Below, piece after piece: positions 16,999 through 37,306 of a DNA stretch of 64,000 nucleotides. Origin of the DNA: the human T2T-CHM13v2.0 reference genome, Homo sapiens; NCBI RefSeq assembly GCF_009914755.1, contig NC_060931.1; one strand, 5' to 3'. Numbering within the stretch: position 1 is the stretch's first letter; every line of letters begins with the position of its first letter. The notes below the pieces were generated by a model. The model had not been told where the DNA came from and did not search any database. It saw only the letters and a list, made by a program, of their open reading frames with translations. Both the position numbers and the translations under genes were made by a program.

Positions 16999-18865
16999 TG
17001 GTTATTTCTGAGTGCTGGGCTACAAGAAATTTTTACTTTTAAAAAATCAGACAATAGGGATTCTAAGAGAGGCTTCATGACGGCTAACTAGAGGCATCTG
17101 ATACTCACCTCCTCCACAAAAAAAGAACAAAAATACTAAGTAGATGATCACACTTCCAGTAGATCACCTAAGGGAGAATGCTGGAATTCAATAGAGAAGT
17201 GACAGGAAACACCTACGGCAAAGAAGGAGAGGGAAGCAAGGCAGCCTGCTGCACTGGATGGGCTGGGAGCCTGGAAAGGCTCCCCAGTGCAGGGAAAGGT
17301 TAAGTGGGGACCCCCAGCAGTCTACATTCCCACTGCAGACTCCTGTAATCCTAGCCACAAGAGAGACCCTTAATGCACACGGGCCCCGAGACTAACAGGA
17401 GACCACATGAAGGCACTGCTCAAGAGGAGTTCACAATGGGTCCCACACACCTCCTAATTCCTAAGTAGCTACAGCAAGGCACCATTTTCAGAGTCCAACC
17501 CCCAGCGGGCTGCATCCTGCCCTGGGGCCCAAGAACTCCGGTACCTCACATCCCTGGAGCTTCACTGAGATCCCCTGTGCATGAGGGATAACTGATGTAT
17601 CTTGGGCCACAGTGCAAGACATTGTCAGCAACCCCACACCTGTGAACGGTGCTACTGAGCATTTACAAGCACCCTGAGGACAGGCTACCAGCTTGCAGCT
17701 GCCATCTGAGACCAAAGTGTACCCCCCCACCAATTTACGACTGTTGTCATTGAAAGCAACCCAGCCCTCCCAGTAACAGGCTGCAGTGCATCTCCCGAGC
17801 ACTGTACTGGAAGTCTGGGGATCACGCCATCCTCGCCTACCAGAACCAGCAGCTGCACAAACCACCAGGGAGCCTGAGATCAAGCCAGCCTGGCCCAGTT
17901 CCACCCACCTCCAGTGGCTGAGCATGCCATCCAGGGGCCTGTGGATTGCACCATCCACAACTGTTGGCACCTGAGTACTCCTCCCAGAGGCCTGAGGACC
18001 CAATCTGCCACTACTACCACAGCAGACACCCATGTGCATGCACTACCTGTGGGCTTGGCAACTGGCCCACCCAACCCATTGCAGTCATCACCAACACCAC
18101 CACAGACTGCTTGGGAGCCAGAGGTTTGTCCCACCAATATTACTGCCATAATCCATGGCATATCCACTGCCTAGGGGCCCGATGACATGCCAAACTGCCC
18201 AGCCCACCACTGTCACTGATGGCATCCAAACAAGCTGACTGGAGGCCCCCCAAGAATTGGCCCACCTGGACCATCTCACACTGGTGCCAGCGTATGCCAC
18301 ACTGGGGCCTAAGGACAGGCATACTCAGCCTACCACTGCCATCGCTGGGACCTAAAGATTGGCCCACCTGACACCCCTGTCCCCAGCAAAACTTCACCAC
18401 AGCCTCCACTAAAAACCACACCCTAAGACACTGAGAAAATCAAACACTACTGACACTGTTCCTGACAAAATTCATACAGAGACTACACTATGGTATACAT
18501 ACAGAATCAAAGCCAAAGTGGCCTACCCGAACACCACCATAGACCCATCTTTAGGAAAAAGTGCCCCCACTACAAAAGCAAATGCAAAAAACTGAAGAAG
18601 GACTGTTATACCACATGCACAGATATCAACATAAGGATAGAAGAAACATGAAAAAGCAAGGAAATATGACACTTCCAAAAGGACGTAATTCTCCAGCAAT
18701 GGATTCCAGTGAAAAAAAAAATTGTGAAATCCAGAAAACTAATTCAAAATAATGATATTAAAGAAGCAAGAGAATTCAGATAAACAATATAAAAAAAAAT
18801 CTGAAAAACAATTCAGGATACAAATGAGAAATTTACCAAAGACACAGATATCATTAAAAAGCACC

Positions 18866-19350
18866 TGAGGAGAGTGAAAATCACCTGGTGACCACTGAAC
18901 AGGCTTAGAGATAAAAACTTCTTATCTGAGCAATTTAGAAGGCAGCAAAGACTACCTGGTGACCATCAAACAGGTCATCCAGAGGCAAAACTCCTTATCT
19001 GGGGAATTTAGAGGTAATCAAACCTCCCTAGTATCTAAAGTCAGCATATGATTCCAGGCCTCTTTCAATTTTTATAAGTAACTAAAATTTCTATACATTT
19101 CTGGAATGCCATACTGAAACTAATTTTACAACCCTAAGCTACTGTCTTAAAGCCTATAAATGCTCCTAAGGAAAATCCACCACGGTGCGCTCAGTCCTCT
19201 CACTGAGGCACCCCACTGCACCGTTTTGCAGCGTTCTTCCTTTCTAATAAAGTTTCCTTTTTCAAACCTGTACTGTTGTCAGTAAATTCTTTTTACCAAC
19301 CTGCAAGTTGACCACTTCCTGGTGCCAGGGCTCTGACACCTCGCCCAACA
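18866..19350 (+). mobile_element. Solo ERV1 LTR (MER83/MER84-like) inserted in L1 ORF1
   Basis: TG...CA ends; TATAAA at ~19155; AATAAA at ~19246; internal direct repeat acctggtgacca...ttatctg...aatttaga. Confidence 0.7.
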
Positions 19351-19547
19351 ATCCTCAAATAGATACAATTCAAAAAGGTCTTCTCCACAACACATTATAG
19401 TCAAACTGTCAAAGGCAAAGAGAGAATTCTAAAAACAGCAAGAGAAAAGCATCCAGTCACTTAATGCTTAGAACCCCCAGCAGACTATCAGCAGATTTCT
19501 CAGCAGAAACCTTACAGGCCAGGAGAGAATAGGCAGATATATTTGAA

Positions 19548-19720
19548 GTGAAGAAAGAAAGAGAAAAAGAAAAGAAAAAAGGAAAGAAAGGCAGGAAGGA
19601 AAGAAAGGAAGGAAAGGAAGAAAAGGAAGGAGAGGGTGGGAGAAAGGGAGGAAGGGAGGGAAGAGAGGGAGGGAGGGGAAGGGAAGGGAGAGAAGGGAGA
19701 GAAGGAAGGAAAGGAAGGAA
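19548..19720 (+). repeat. GA-rich polypurine low-complexity tract
   Basis: ~170 nt of nearly pure A/G. Confidence 0.95.
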
Positions 19721-20829
19721 CGTTTCTGCCAAGGATACTATACCCAGCAAAGTTATCCTTCATAAATGAAGGAGAAATAAAGTCTTTCCCAGACAAGAAA
19801 AAGCTGAAGGAACCCATTACCACTAGGCCGGCCCTCCAAGAAATAATTAAGGGAGCCCTATACCCGGAAGGAAACACATCAAAATATAAAACCCACTGGT
19901 AGAGCAAATACACAAATAAAAAAGAGAAAGAATTTATATGTCACCACTACAGAAAACCACCAACCACAATGAAAAACAACATGAGAGAAAGAAAGGAAGA
20001 AATGCTATACAAAAACCAGAAATCAATTACTAAAATGACAGGAATAAGCCCTGTCATATCAATAATAATCCTGAATACAAATGAATTAAACTTATCACTT
20101 AAAAGATACAGAGGGGCTGAAAGAATTTTTTTAAATGATCCAACCACATGCTGCCTACAAGAAATTCATCTCAACTGTAAATGCACAGACTGAAAGTAAG
20201 GGATGGAAAAAGATATTCCAAGTGAACAAAAATCAAAAGCAAACAAGAACATCTATCCTTATAACAGATAAAACAGACTTTAATTTAAAAACAGTAACAA
20301 CAAAGAAGGTCATTATATAATGATAAAGGGATCAATTCAACAAAAAGATATAACAATTCTAAACATAAACGAATCCAACACCAGACCACTCAGCTCTATC
20401 AAGAAAACATGATCAGACCTAAAGGGAGGGACAGAATCCAATACAATAAGTGCTAGGGACATCAACACCCAACTCTCAGCATTACACAGATCATCTAGAG
20501 AAACACTGGATTCAAACTGCACTTTAGACCAAATGGACATAACAGACATTTACAGAACATTTCATCCAACAGGTATAGAATACACATTCTTCTCATCAGC
20601 CCATGGACCATTCTCCAGAATAGACTGTATGTTAGGCCACAAAACAAGTCTCAAAAAATTTTTAAAAATCAAAATCATATCAAGTATCTTTTATGACCAC
20701 AACGGAATAACACTAGAAATCAGTAACAAGAGAAACTTTGGAAACTGTACAAAATACATGGAAATTAAACAACATGCTCCTAAATGACCATTGGGCCAAG
20801 GAAGAAATTAAGGAGGAGATAAAAAATGT

Positions 20830-20985
20830 TTGTGGTGTGTAGTGGTATGTGCCTGTAATCCCAGCTACTCAGGAGGCTGAGGCAGAAGGACTGTTTCAGC
20901 CCAGGAGTTCTGCAGTGAGCTAGGATCACACACCACACTCCAGCCTGGTCAACAGAGTGAGACTGTCTCTAAAACAACAACAAAA
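20830..20985 (+). mobile_element. Partial Alu (right-arm/FRAM-like)
   Basis: Single diverged arm with A-rich tail. Confidence 0.7.
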
Positions 20986-21651
20986 AGTTCTCGAAACAAA
21001 TGAAAGTCAAAAAACAATATACCAAAACCTATGGAATACAACAAAAGTGGTGCTAAGAGAGATGTTTATAGCAATAAATGCTCACATCAAAAAAGTAGGA
21101 AGATTTTAAATAAACAATCCAAAAATACACCCCCAAGAACTAGAAAAGCAAGAACCACCTAACCCAAAATTAGTAGAGGGAAAGAAATAATAAAGATCAG
21201 GATAGACTGAAAAAACACAATACAAAAGATCAACAAAATAAAAACTTGGCTTTTTGAAAAGATAAAATCAATAAACCACTATCTAGGTAACAAAGAAAAA
21301 AAAAGACCCATATAAATAAAGTCAGATATGAAAAAGGAAACCTTACAACTGATACCACAGAAATATAAAAGAGAAATCATCAAGATATTATGAACAACTA
21401 CACACTAATACATCAGAAAACCAAGCTATTATGAACAACTACACACTAATACATTAGAAAACCTAGAGAAAATGGGTAAATTCTTAGATACACACAGCCT
21501 GCCAAGATTGAATCAGGAAGAAACAGAAAACCTGAACAGACCAATAATGAGTAATGAGATTGAATCAGTAATTAAAAAAAAAAAAAAAAAAAATCTCCCA
21601 ACAAAGAAAAGTCCAGGATTGGATGGCTTCGCTGCCAAATTTGACCAAAAC

Positions 21652-22154
<503 letters not shown>

Positions 22155-22856
22155 TAACACCAATTCTCCTCAAACTACTCCAAAACATTGAAGAGGAGGG
22201 AATTCTACAAGGCATTAACCTGATACTAAAACCAGAGAAGGACACAACAAAAACAACAAAAAACTACAGGTCAACGATGAACACAGACACAAAAATCCTC
22301 AACAAAATACAGCAAACCAAATCCAACAGCACATCAAAAAGAGAATACATCATCATCAAATGGGATTTATCCCAGGGATGCAAGAATGATTCAATAGATG
22401 CAAATCAATAAACATGATACATCACATCAACAGAATGAAGGACAAAAACCATATGATCATCTCAACATCCCTTCATAATAAAAGCTCTCAACAAACTAGG
22501 CATAGACGGAACATATCTCAACATAAAAAAGACCATATATAACAAACCCACAGCTAACATCATACTGAGTAAGTAAATCTGAAAGCCTTTCCTCTAAGAG
22601 CTGGAAAAAGACAAGGATCCCCACTTTCACCAGTCTTTTTCAACACAGTACTGGGAGTCCTAGCCAGAGCCATCAAGCAAGAGAAAGTAAGAAAAGGCAG
22701 CCAAATTGGAAAAGAGGAAGTCAAACCATCCCTCTTTGTAGATAAAGACTCCACCAATAAACTTTTAGATTTGGAAAGTTACAGGATACAAAGTCAAAAT
22801 ACAAAAATCAGTAACATTTTTACACACCAAAAACAAACTAGCTAAGAAAGAAATCG

Positions 22857-23165
<309 letters not shown>

Positions 23166-24452
23166 TAAATAAATACATCAAGAAGACAATCCCCCTTACA
23201 ATAGCTACAAAAAAATACAATAAAATACTTAGGAATAAATTTAACCAAGTAGGTTAAAGACCTCTATAAGGAAAACTATAAAACACTAATGAAAGAAATT
23301 GAAGAGGATATAAACAACTGGAAAGACACCCTATGCTCATGAATCAGAAGAGCTCATATCATTAAAATTACCATATTACCCAAAGCAATCTATAAATTCA
23401 ATGAAAATACCAATGTCATTTTTTACAGAATTAGAAAAAAAATCCTAAAATTCATATAGAACAAAAAAAGAGCCTGAACAGTGAAAGTAATCCTGAACAA
23501 AAGAACAAAGCTGGAGGCATCACACAATTTGACTTGAAAATATATTACAAGGCTATAGTAACCAAAATAGCATGGTATTGGTATAAAAATAGACACAGAA
23601 GACCAATGGAACATAACAGAGAAGACAGAAATAAATCCAGGTAGTTACAACTAACTGATTTTCCTTTTTTCTTTTTTCTGAATGTTTCTCAAAAAGCCAA
23701 CTGATTTTCAACAAAGGTGTCAAGAACATACACTGGGGAAAGAACACCCTCCCTTCGATAAATGGTGCTGGAAAAACTGGCTAGCCATATGCAGAAGAAT
23801 AAAACTGAACCCCTTTCTCTCACCATATAAAAAAATCAACTCAAGACAGATTAAAGACTTAAACTTTGAAGACCTGAAATATAAAACTACTAAAAGAAAA
23901 CAGGGGAAACACTTCAGGATATAGGTCCCATCAAAAATTTTACGGCTAAGACATCTAGAACACAGACAACAAAAACAAAAATAGACAAATGAGACTATAT
24001 TAAACTAAAAAGCATAGCAAATGAAGCAATCAACAGAGTGAAGAGGCAACTGCTGAATGGGAGAAAATACCTGCAAACTATTCAGCTGACAAGGAACTAA
24101 TATGTAGAATATACAAAGAACTCATATAACTCTTCTTACAGTTAATAAAACAAATAATCCCATTAAAAAGTAAGCAAAGGACATGAATAGCTATTTCTCA
24201 AGGAAGACATACAATGGCAAACAGGTATATGAAAAAAATGCTCAACATGACTCAGTAGGGAAATGCAAATCAAAACCACAATGAAACTTAATTTTACCCC
24301 TGTTAGAATGGCTATTACTAAAAAGACAAAAAAACAATAGATACTGGCTAGGATGGGGAGAAAAGGGACCTCTTATACACTGTTGGTAGGAATGTAAATT
24401 AGTACAGCCACTATGGAAAACAATATGGAGATTTCTCAAAAAACTAAACACA

Positions 24453-24603
24453 GTTTGGGTGTGGTAGCTCATACGTGTAATTCCAGTACTTTGGGAGGCC
24501 GAGGTGGGAGAATCGCTTGAGCCCAGGAGTATGATCATGCTGCTGCACTCCAGCCTGGGCAACAGAGCAAGACCTTCTCTCAAAAAAAAAAAAAAAAAAA
24601 AAA
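24453..24603 (+). mobile_element. Internally deleted Alu (left-arm 5' part fused to right-arm 3' end)
   Basis: Junction gcccaggagt|atgatcatgc; poly(A) at 24582-24603. Confidence 0.75.
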
Positions 24604-24922
<319 letters not shown>

Positions 24923-26813
24923 CTACACATAAAACTACCCTATGATCCAGCAATCCCACTACTAGCTGGCTATTTATCCAAAGGAAAAGTATGTCAAAGA
25001 TACCTGCACTCCCATGTTTACTGCAGCACTGTTCAGAATAGCAAAGATGGAATCAATCTAAGTGTTCATTAATGGGCAAATAAGAAAATGTGCTATATAT
25101 AGACAATAGAACACTATTTCACCGTAAAAGAGGATGAAATCCTGTCATTTGCAGCAACACAAATGGCACTGGAGGTCATTATGTTATGTGAAATAAGCCA
25201 GGCCAGAAAAAACACATATTTCATATTCTCACTCATATATGGAAGCTAAGTAAGTTCCTCTCATGGAGGTAGAGAGTAGATTGATAGACACAAGGGGCTA
25301 GGAAGGGTGCTGGGAGTGGTGGGGGTGAGGTGATGAAGGGAAGATGAAAAGTTGGTTAATGGGTATAAATACAGCAGAGTAGGCTGACTATAGTTAGCAA
25401 CAATGCTGTAAATTTCAAAACAGCTACAAGGGCAGACTTGAAATCTTACCAACACACAGAAATGATAAATACTCTAGGTGATGGATACCGTAAATACCCT
25501 GACTTGATCATTACACATTCTATGCATGTGTAATGATCATCACATGAACTCCATAAATATGTGCAAATAACAATTTTAAAAATAAATTATAACAAAACAG
25601 ACAATATAGATGGGTACAATAAGTAGCTTTTCAGATTTGTTATAAAACAAGGCTGTTACTATTTCAGCAGGAAAAACTGAATGTACAAAACTGGGTGTTT
25701 TATAAACCAGCCAGTAATTGTTAGAGTAAATAAACCACACAACAGACTGAGTCCAAAAACAGTCAAGACTTACAAATGGAACTTTGTAAATGAACAGCCA
25801 GTGTTGTAGGTAATGTATTGCTTTGTCCTTCTCATGTTTTCTCAGGAGCTAGGTAGGCAAATAATCAACTACATTTGGATTTCCCAAAGTGAGGTTCCCA
25901 GGGTATTGTTAGATTGGCAGACTTCTGAACACCATCTCAAAACTAGTGATTCAAAACCTCAGGGAGTAGGGACCAGAAATGAGCAATTTTCAGTTTTAAT
26001 ACACTCACTAAATATTGAGAACGCTAACCTACATGGTGGTAAACAACACATGCAGACTAGCTAATTATAAGCTATACATAAATTTGAAAACAAAGAGCAG
26101 AGCTGTTTTATTTTGATAGCAAATTGTTCAAGGTCACTAAATTACTGCTCTTGCACATTTTAAGGCTAAGACTATGTTAAATAAAATTTACTTAAAGTAT
26201 AAAGCCTTCATCAGAAAAAATGACAACTATGAGAATAAGTCAAATCATGTTCATTGTTGAACTGAATAACCTAATTACTGAACCGTCACATCAATTGCTT
26301 TATAAATCAACAAATACTCTCTCCAAATATAAACACTTATTTTCTAGCACCTAACACAAGCATTCATTTGACTGTTTTAGTGTACCATACACAGAGATGC
26401 TTATAAATGTTTGCTGAATGTACAACATTCACTTATAAGGATGAAAGAATTTATAAGTAATTGCTAATATATCACTATGTACCAGTTACTGTTTTAATCA
26501 CTTTATGGACACTAACTCTTTTAAACCACATAGAAATCCTGTAAGAGTTCTATTATCCCCCAAATAATGAGAAAATGGAAGCACAGTAGAGAAGAGACTT
26601 GCCCAAACTAGTCACAAAATTCAAACCCAGATTCACAAGATTCAAACCCAGGCAGGCTGGCTCCAGAATCTGTATAATCATTAAGCTATACTGCCTTCAT
26701 TATTAAAAATAAAATATAATTCATCTAGTAATATATTCCCTAGGTGAAGCTCAAATATCTTTGTTGCTCAGTACTTTAACACTCACTTTTGGCAAAATAT
26801 TTGAGATTTTTCT

Positions 26814-32716
<5,903 letters not shown>

Positions 32717-33869
32717 TATTTCAGATTTTTCTAATCAGCTTAATATACTTCGAAGAGCTGAATGCTTTTGTCTTTTATGTTTATTAATTTTCTCAATAGC
32801 CTAGTTTAGAGAAATTATTAATCTTTTACCAATGTATCTATGGTCTTATTCTGAAGACCTGTAATCTTATAAGCTTGATTTGTTTATTACAAAATATATT
32901 CACTGTAAGTAAGAGAAAGAGTTATAAATTTTATCCAGAGATAACCACTATTAATGTGGCACTATATATTTTTCCAGGCTTATTTATAATACTCCCACCT
33001 TCCACCACTACCACCAAATAAAATAAGTAAAATCACTCTGTATAAACTGAGAGGAACTTACTCTGTGAAAAAGAAAGGAAGTGAATTACTGTCATAAGAC
33101 AAAGTATTTGAAGCTACTGTTCCATAATATAAACCCTGAGAACACTGCTTTTTACAAGTAAATCTTGGTTTATATTAATAGTAATCACTTTCTGAAAACA
33201 AAAATAGTTTCACAGGTACTTTATGAAAGTCTACAACCAGCCTCATCTAAACATTTATTTTGAAAGAAAAGGCTTCACATTTAAGAAATCTGAGACAAAT
33301 TAGTTCTCTTCTATTTGCTATATATTCAGCTTTGTTTTTCTGTATTAATAACTGAATTAAGTTTAAAGTTCTAAGTAAAAAGTACCTGAGTGTTTATGCC
33401 GTCCTGTTGAGCACAGCAGTCAATAGCTACTCCTTGGTTACACCACCTACATTACAATTCTGAGGTCCTAGCCATATTCTCATTTCTAGCTCCATCATCA
33501 TGGATCCAGACCAGTGCCACACACTGCAGCCCCATGGCTTGATACGCAACACAGAAATTATCACTATCTGTTACTCAAGCTTCCTTTACCTCAAAAATAA
33601 CAAACAATAATACCCCAGTAAAACAGTCTGCTTTCACACACAACCCTGGTCCAAACCATGTTCTCCAAGATCCTACTCTCTAAGCTGCTTTACCTGTGGC
33701 TGCATTTCCTCTGGAAGTGCCTAACCCAAGGGGCCTGCTGTAATTGCTAAATATAGGGTGACTATGGCAAGCTTCTTAAGAAAACTGCTTTATAAAACTC
33801 TCAATACAACAAAGATTCTGGACAACATGCAGCAAGATTAGCATATCCCTGTAATACATCATGGTTTTA

Positions 33870-34260
33870 CTCTAGCACAGTTGTTACCAAGTTGATTAGA
33901 AACACTTGTGGAACGTTTAAAAACTTTTAAAAACAGATTGCTGGGCTCTGTACTCTTTCAAGTATACCTTCACTCAACCACATTCCCCTAAACACTAAAT
34001 TGAGTAGATCTATAGTGAGACTGAGTAAAAAAAAATTAGTTACGTAGATCCTTGCTATTCAAAGTGTAGTCCAAACATCAGAAGCATTAGCATCATCTGG
34101 GAGCTTGTCAGAAATGCAGATTCTCAGGCCCCATCATACCTATTGAATACAAACCTGCAGCTCAACAAGGTCTCCCGGTGATTAGGACAAACATTCAAGA
34201 TTGAAAGCACTGCCCTACATGATTCTCATGTGCAGCCAGGTTTGAAAAGCAGTGCTCTTC
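33870..34260. mobile_element. MER5-family hAT-Charlie MITE fragments
   Basis: gcatcatctgggagcttgtcagaaatgcagattctcaggcccc signature. Confidence 0.7.
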
Positions 34261-34411
34261 TTAACCCTCTAGTTCTCAAAATACAAAATCAAATATATGA
34301 ATAAATTTAAAATGTACTTTAATTACTGCAAAGAGGCTATAGTGAAACTCAAAAGCAATTCATTTTTAGGGGGCCCCAATCACATTCCATAGCTACCACA
34401 ATTTCACTTAC

Positions 34412-34566
34412 CCTTGCATTACATATGGAAACTGGTGACTCTGTGCTTGGTCAGTTTGTGCTTGTGGAAGGGTACGCTGCCTCAATCCTTCTGAGGAAGA
34501 ACCCACAGCTAAAGACAAGGTTTCTTGACCAGATGATGGAGTTGTTGATCCTGAATGATCTGAACT
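34412..34566 (-). CDS. HERPUD2: HERPUD2 exon 5: SSDHSGSTTP...EGLRQR...QFPYVMQ(G)
   Basis: tttgtAG acceptor, GTAAGT donor; 155 nt, phase 0-2; frame continuous with both neighbours. Confidence 0.96.
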
Positions 34567-37192
34567 CTACAAATAAAAATGTAATTTTTAAAAGGAGATT
34601 TAGTTCTTTACAATCATAAAATTACAGGCACATTACTAAAAACGTATTCATGAAATCCCTCTGCAAAATAACATTTCAGAAATTTACTGTTTTACATCGT
34701 GTGTCCAGTATAAGTAGATATTTTAATTTTAGTACGTCAAAACTTATCAAAACTGCTTAATTAAACTAAAATATTCCATTTTTTCAACTAGAAATGGCCG
34801 AGGAGCAGAATAATAATATACAAAAACAGCATATTAAATTCTGAGGATTAAGTTAATGCATAAAAAGCTCTTTTCACATGATTAAATTAATGCATGCAAA
34901 GCTCCTTTCATGATGCCTAACACATACATTTATTGAAAGTGTTCAATAAATGGTACTAATTACTGAGTCATTTAAACAGTTACTATGTGCCAAGTACTGT
35001 ACAACATGCTATTGTTAACATATTGATTTAAAGTAATGAGAAACAGGCTAGAAATCCTAGAAATCAAAAGATCTAAAATCTAGTGTTATCTCTGACATTA
35101 ACAAGAGTTATAACCTTAAAGGTTCACTTAACCTCTCAGAGTTTCCACTTTCCTACAGAAAATGAGATTGGACTAAATTTTCAAGATTCCTTTCAGTTCT
35201 AGAATTCTATTAGTTTATAGAAATCACCAACAAATATTGCTTTTTTACAAAATGAACTACGAGAATCAAGATGTTAATCAGTATTTTTTTATTCTCATGC
35301 TCAAATCTTTTTATTCTCGTGCTCATGGATTCAGTAACCATAAACAATATAACTCCCTGAAGACCATCCCAATTTGTTTGAAAATAGTTTGTCAAGTGTT
35401 TCATGTACATTTAAAACACAATTACATTTTACATAAATTATAGTTCTTCCACTTTAAAAAGCTAGGTACAGTATTATTTTAACATCCTTCCTTTAACAAT
35501 TTTGTTAAATTGTATTTTACCCGTACTGCCTTCCTATTGACAGGATGTCTTTTTGCATGACTCCCATGCTAAGTCCTGCAATGTGAAAGGTCCAAAACTG
35601 TCTTTTGCAAAACAGTCCACACCAGTCTTTTGCAAGACTAACAAAAACTTTTAAAATGTTACTTCACACACAATAGATATCAAATATCTTACTAAGGAGT
35701 CCGGATTCTTAGGAACATAAACTGGGAAAGGTTTCTTTTTCAGCAAGATTTCTCATTAAATGGGCCATCATAATACGGTGTTCATTAATACAATTATTAG
35801 AAGAAAAGCCTAGTCATTTGGCAGCACAACCTAATTTCTCTAGAACTAATGATTTCTGACCTTATTAGGTAATTATTTTATGATTAGATCTTTAAAATAT
35901 TTTCAAGTCCCTTGAAATTTCTGAACCATGAAAAATTAAGGTGAATTCAACTTAACATTCCTTTGATACTTTTCAGGCTTTCATAACACTGAAAAAAACA
36001 AATATACACACTAATGACACAAAATCATGGCTGAGCAACCCACTGGACAAGTCAAAGTCAGAGGGTTCTTTCCCAACAAAAATTGAAGCAATGCAACTGT
36101 GTCCGACGACTACAAAAAAAAACTCTGTGCCAATGCCAATGTCTGTGCCTTTCCATGCCAAGGCAGGAAACATACAAAGACCCTTGGGTGTTTTGACAAG
36201 GCATATTTTATTTAGTTTAATGTAAGCTAAATTCCCATGGCTGGTACTAGGAAATAGTTACCATTAAGAGAATACAAATTAAATACAGCAACTGGAGAAG
36301 CTAGTTTCTTAAAGAAGCAGTTAACTAGTATCTATTGAGAGAGTTTTCAACTAGCTCCCACCCCTGTCACTTGTGCTCTCTTTCAAGCTTTGGCTGGAGT
36401 CTTGACAAGGAAAGCATACTTAGCAGTAGAAAAGTTCCCTGACTGCTCAAGAAGTTGAAAGCAAGCTTCCACTCATCCAATCCTCTCACCTGCAAAGGTG
36501 TCATAGAAAGCTTTTATGGGAAATCAAAAATAACATAAAAGGATTGGGGACAATGTTTTTGAAATTTGTAGAAAATGTCTAAATTGAGAAGGTCAACTAT
36601 TACAAAACATTTCCAAAACAATTTTAGGCAGATGGAAAAATAAGGATGGAGGAATGAATACCCAAGTCTGAAAGAGATTAATACATTAAGTATTTCCTCC
36701 CCAAGCAGGTGGAATGTACACCCAAATCCAGTCATTTTTAAAAAACAAAATCCTTGACCAAGTCATCTACTTCAAGAAGATTTAGGGTACTTAAATTTTA
36801 AACAATTTAATCCACCTTGAATAAAATATACTATTTTAAATACCTGGCATATTTCTGAAACGTCATTGGCCTAAGAGTTTATATTATATAACCGTAACAT
36901 AATTCCGTTTTCTGAGTATTCCAGTAATTAAACCTTTGAAGATTAAATCTATTACTGACCTGCCATACAGCAAATTATAACTCAAGGTGAATAGACTTCA
37001 AGGGATAACACTGCGTATTAGATCTTTCAAAATGGTAAACTTTACAAAATGCCTAACTTTAGTTCAAAACACAATCTCAAAATTCACAAGCTCCAATTGT
37101 TCTGTTTTTCATTTAGTTTTTAGAGGCAAAAAATAAGACGACGACGAAAAAAAAAGAAAAGTTCAATGTTTACTCCTCCCAAAACAACTCAC

Positions 37193-37306
37193 AGAATTGC
37201 TGCTGGATGCCAATGCTTCATGACTTTCTCTATTGGTGCTGGATTTTGGAGAACTGGGAGGAGTCCGAGAAGTACATACTAGATGAACCATATGATACTC
37301 ATCTTG
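37193..37306 (-). CDS. HERPUD2: HERPUD2 exon 4: QDEYHMVHLVCTSRTPPSSPKSSTNRESHEALASSSNS
   Basis: AG at 37308-37307, GTGAGT donor; 114 nt, phase 0-0; HMVHLV closes the UBL fold. Confidence 0.96.

Noticed and set aside
17488-18421. Cluster of overlapping ORFs and short recurring motifs (ggggcctgaggac-like)
   Set aside because: GC-rich subrepeated 5'UTR of the ancient L1; not a gene or a CRISPR-like array
33380-33700. Donor-like sites on minus (CAG|GTAAAG, GAG|GTAAAG) suggesting a cryptic exon
   Set aside because: No convincing paired acceptor or frame found; needs RNA data
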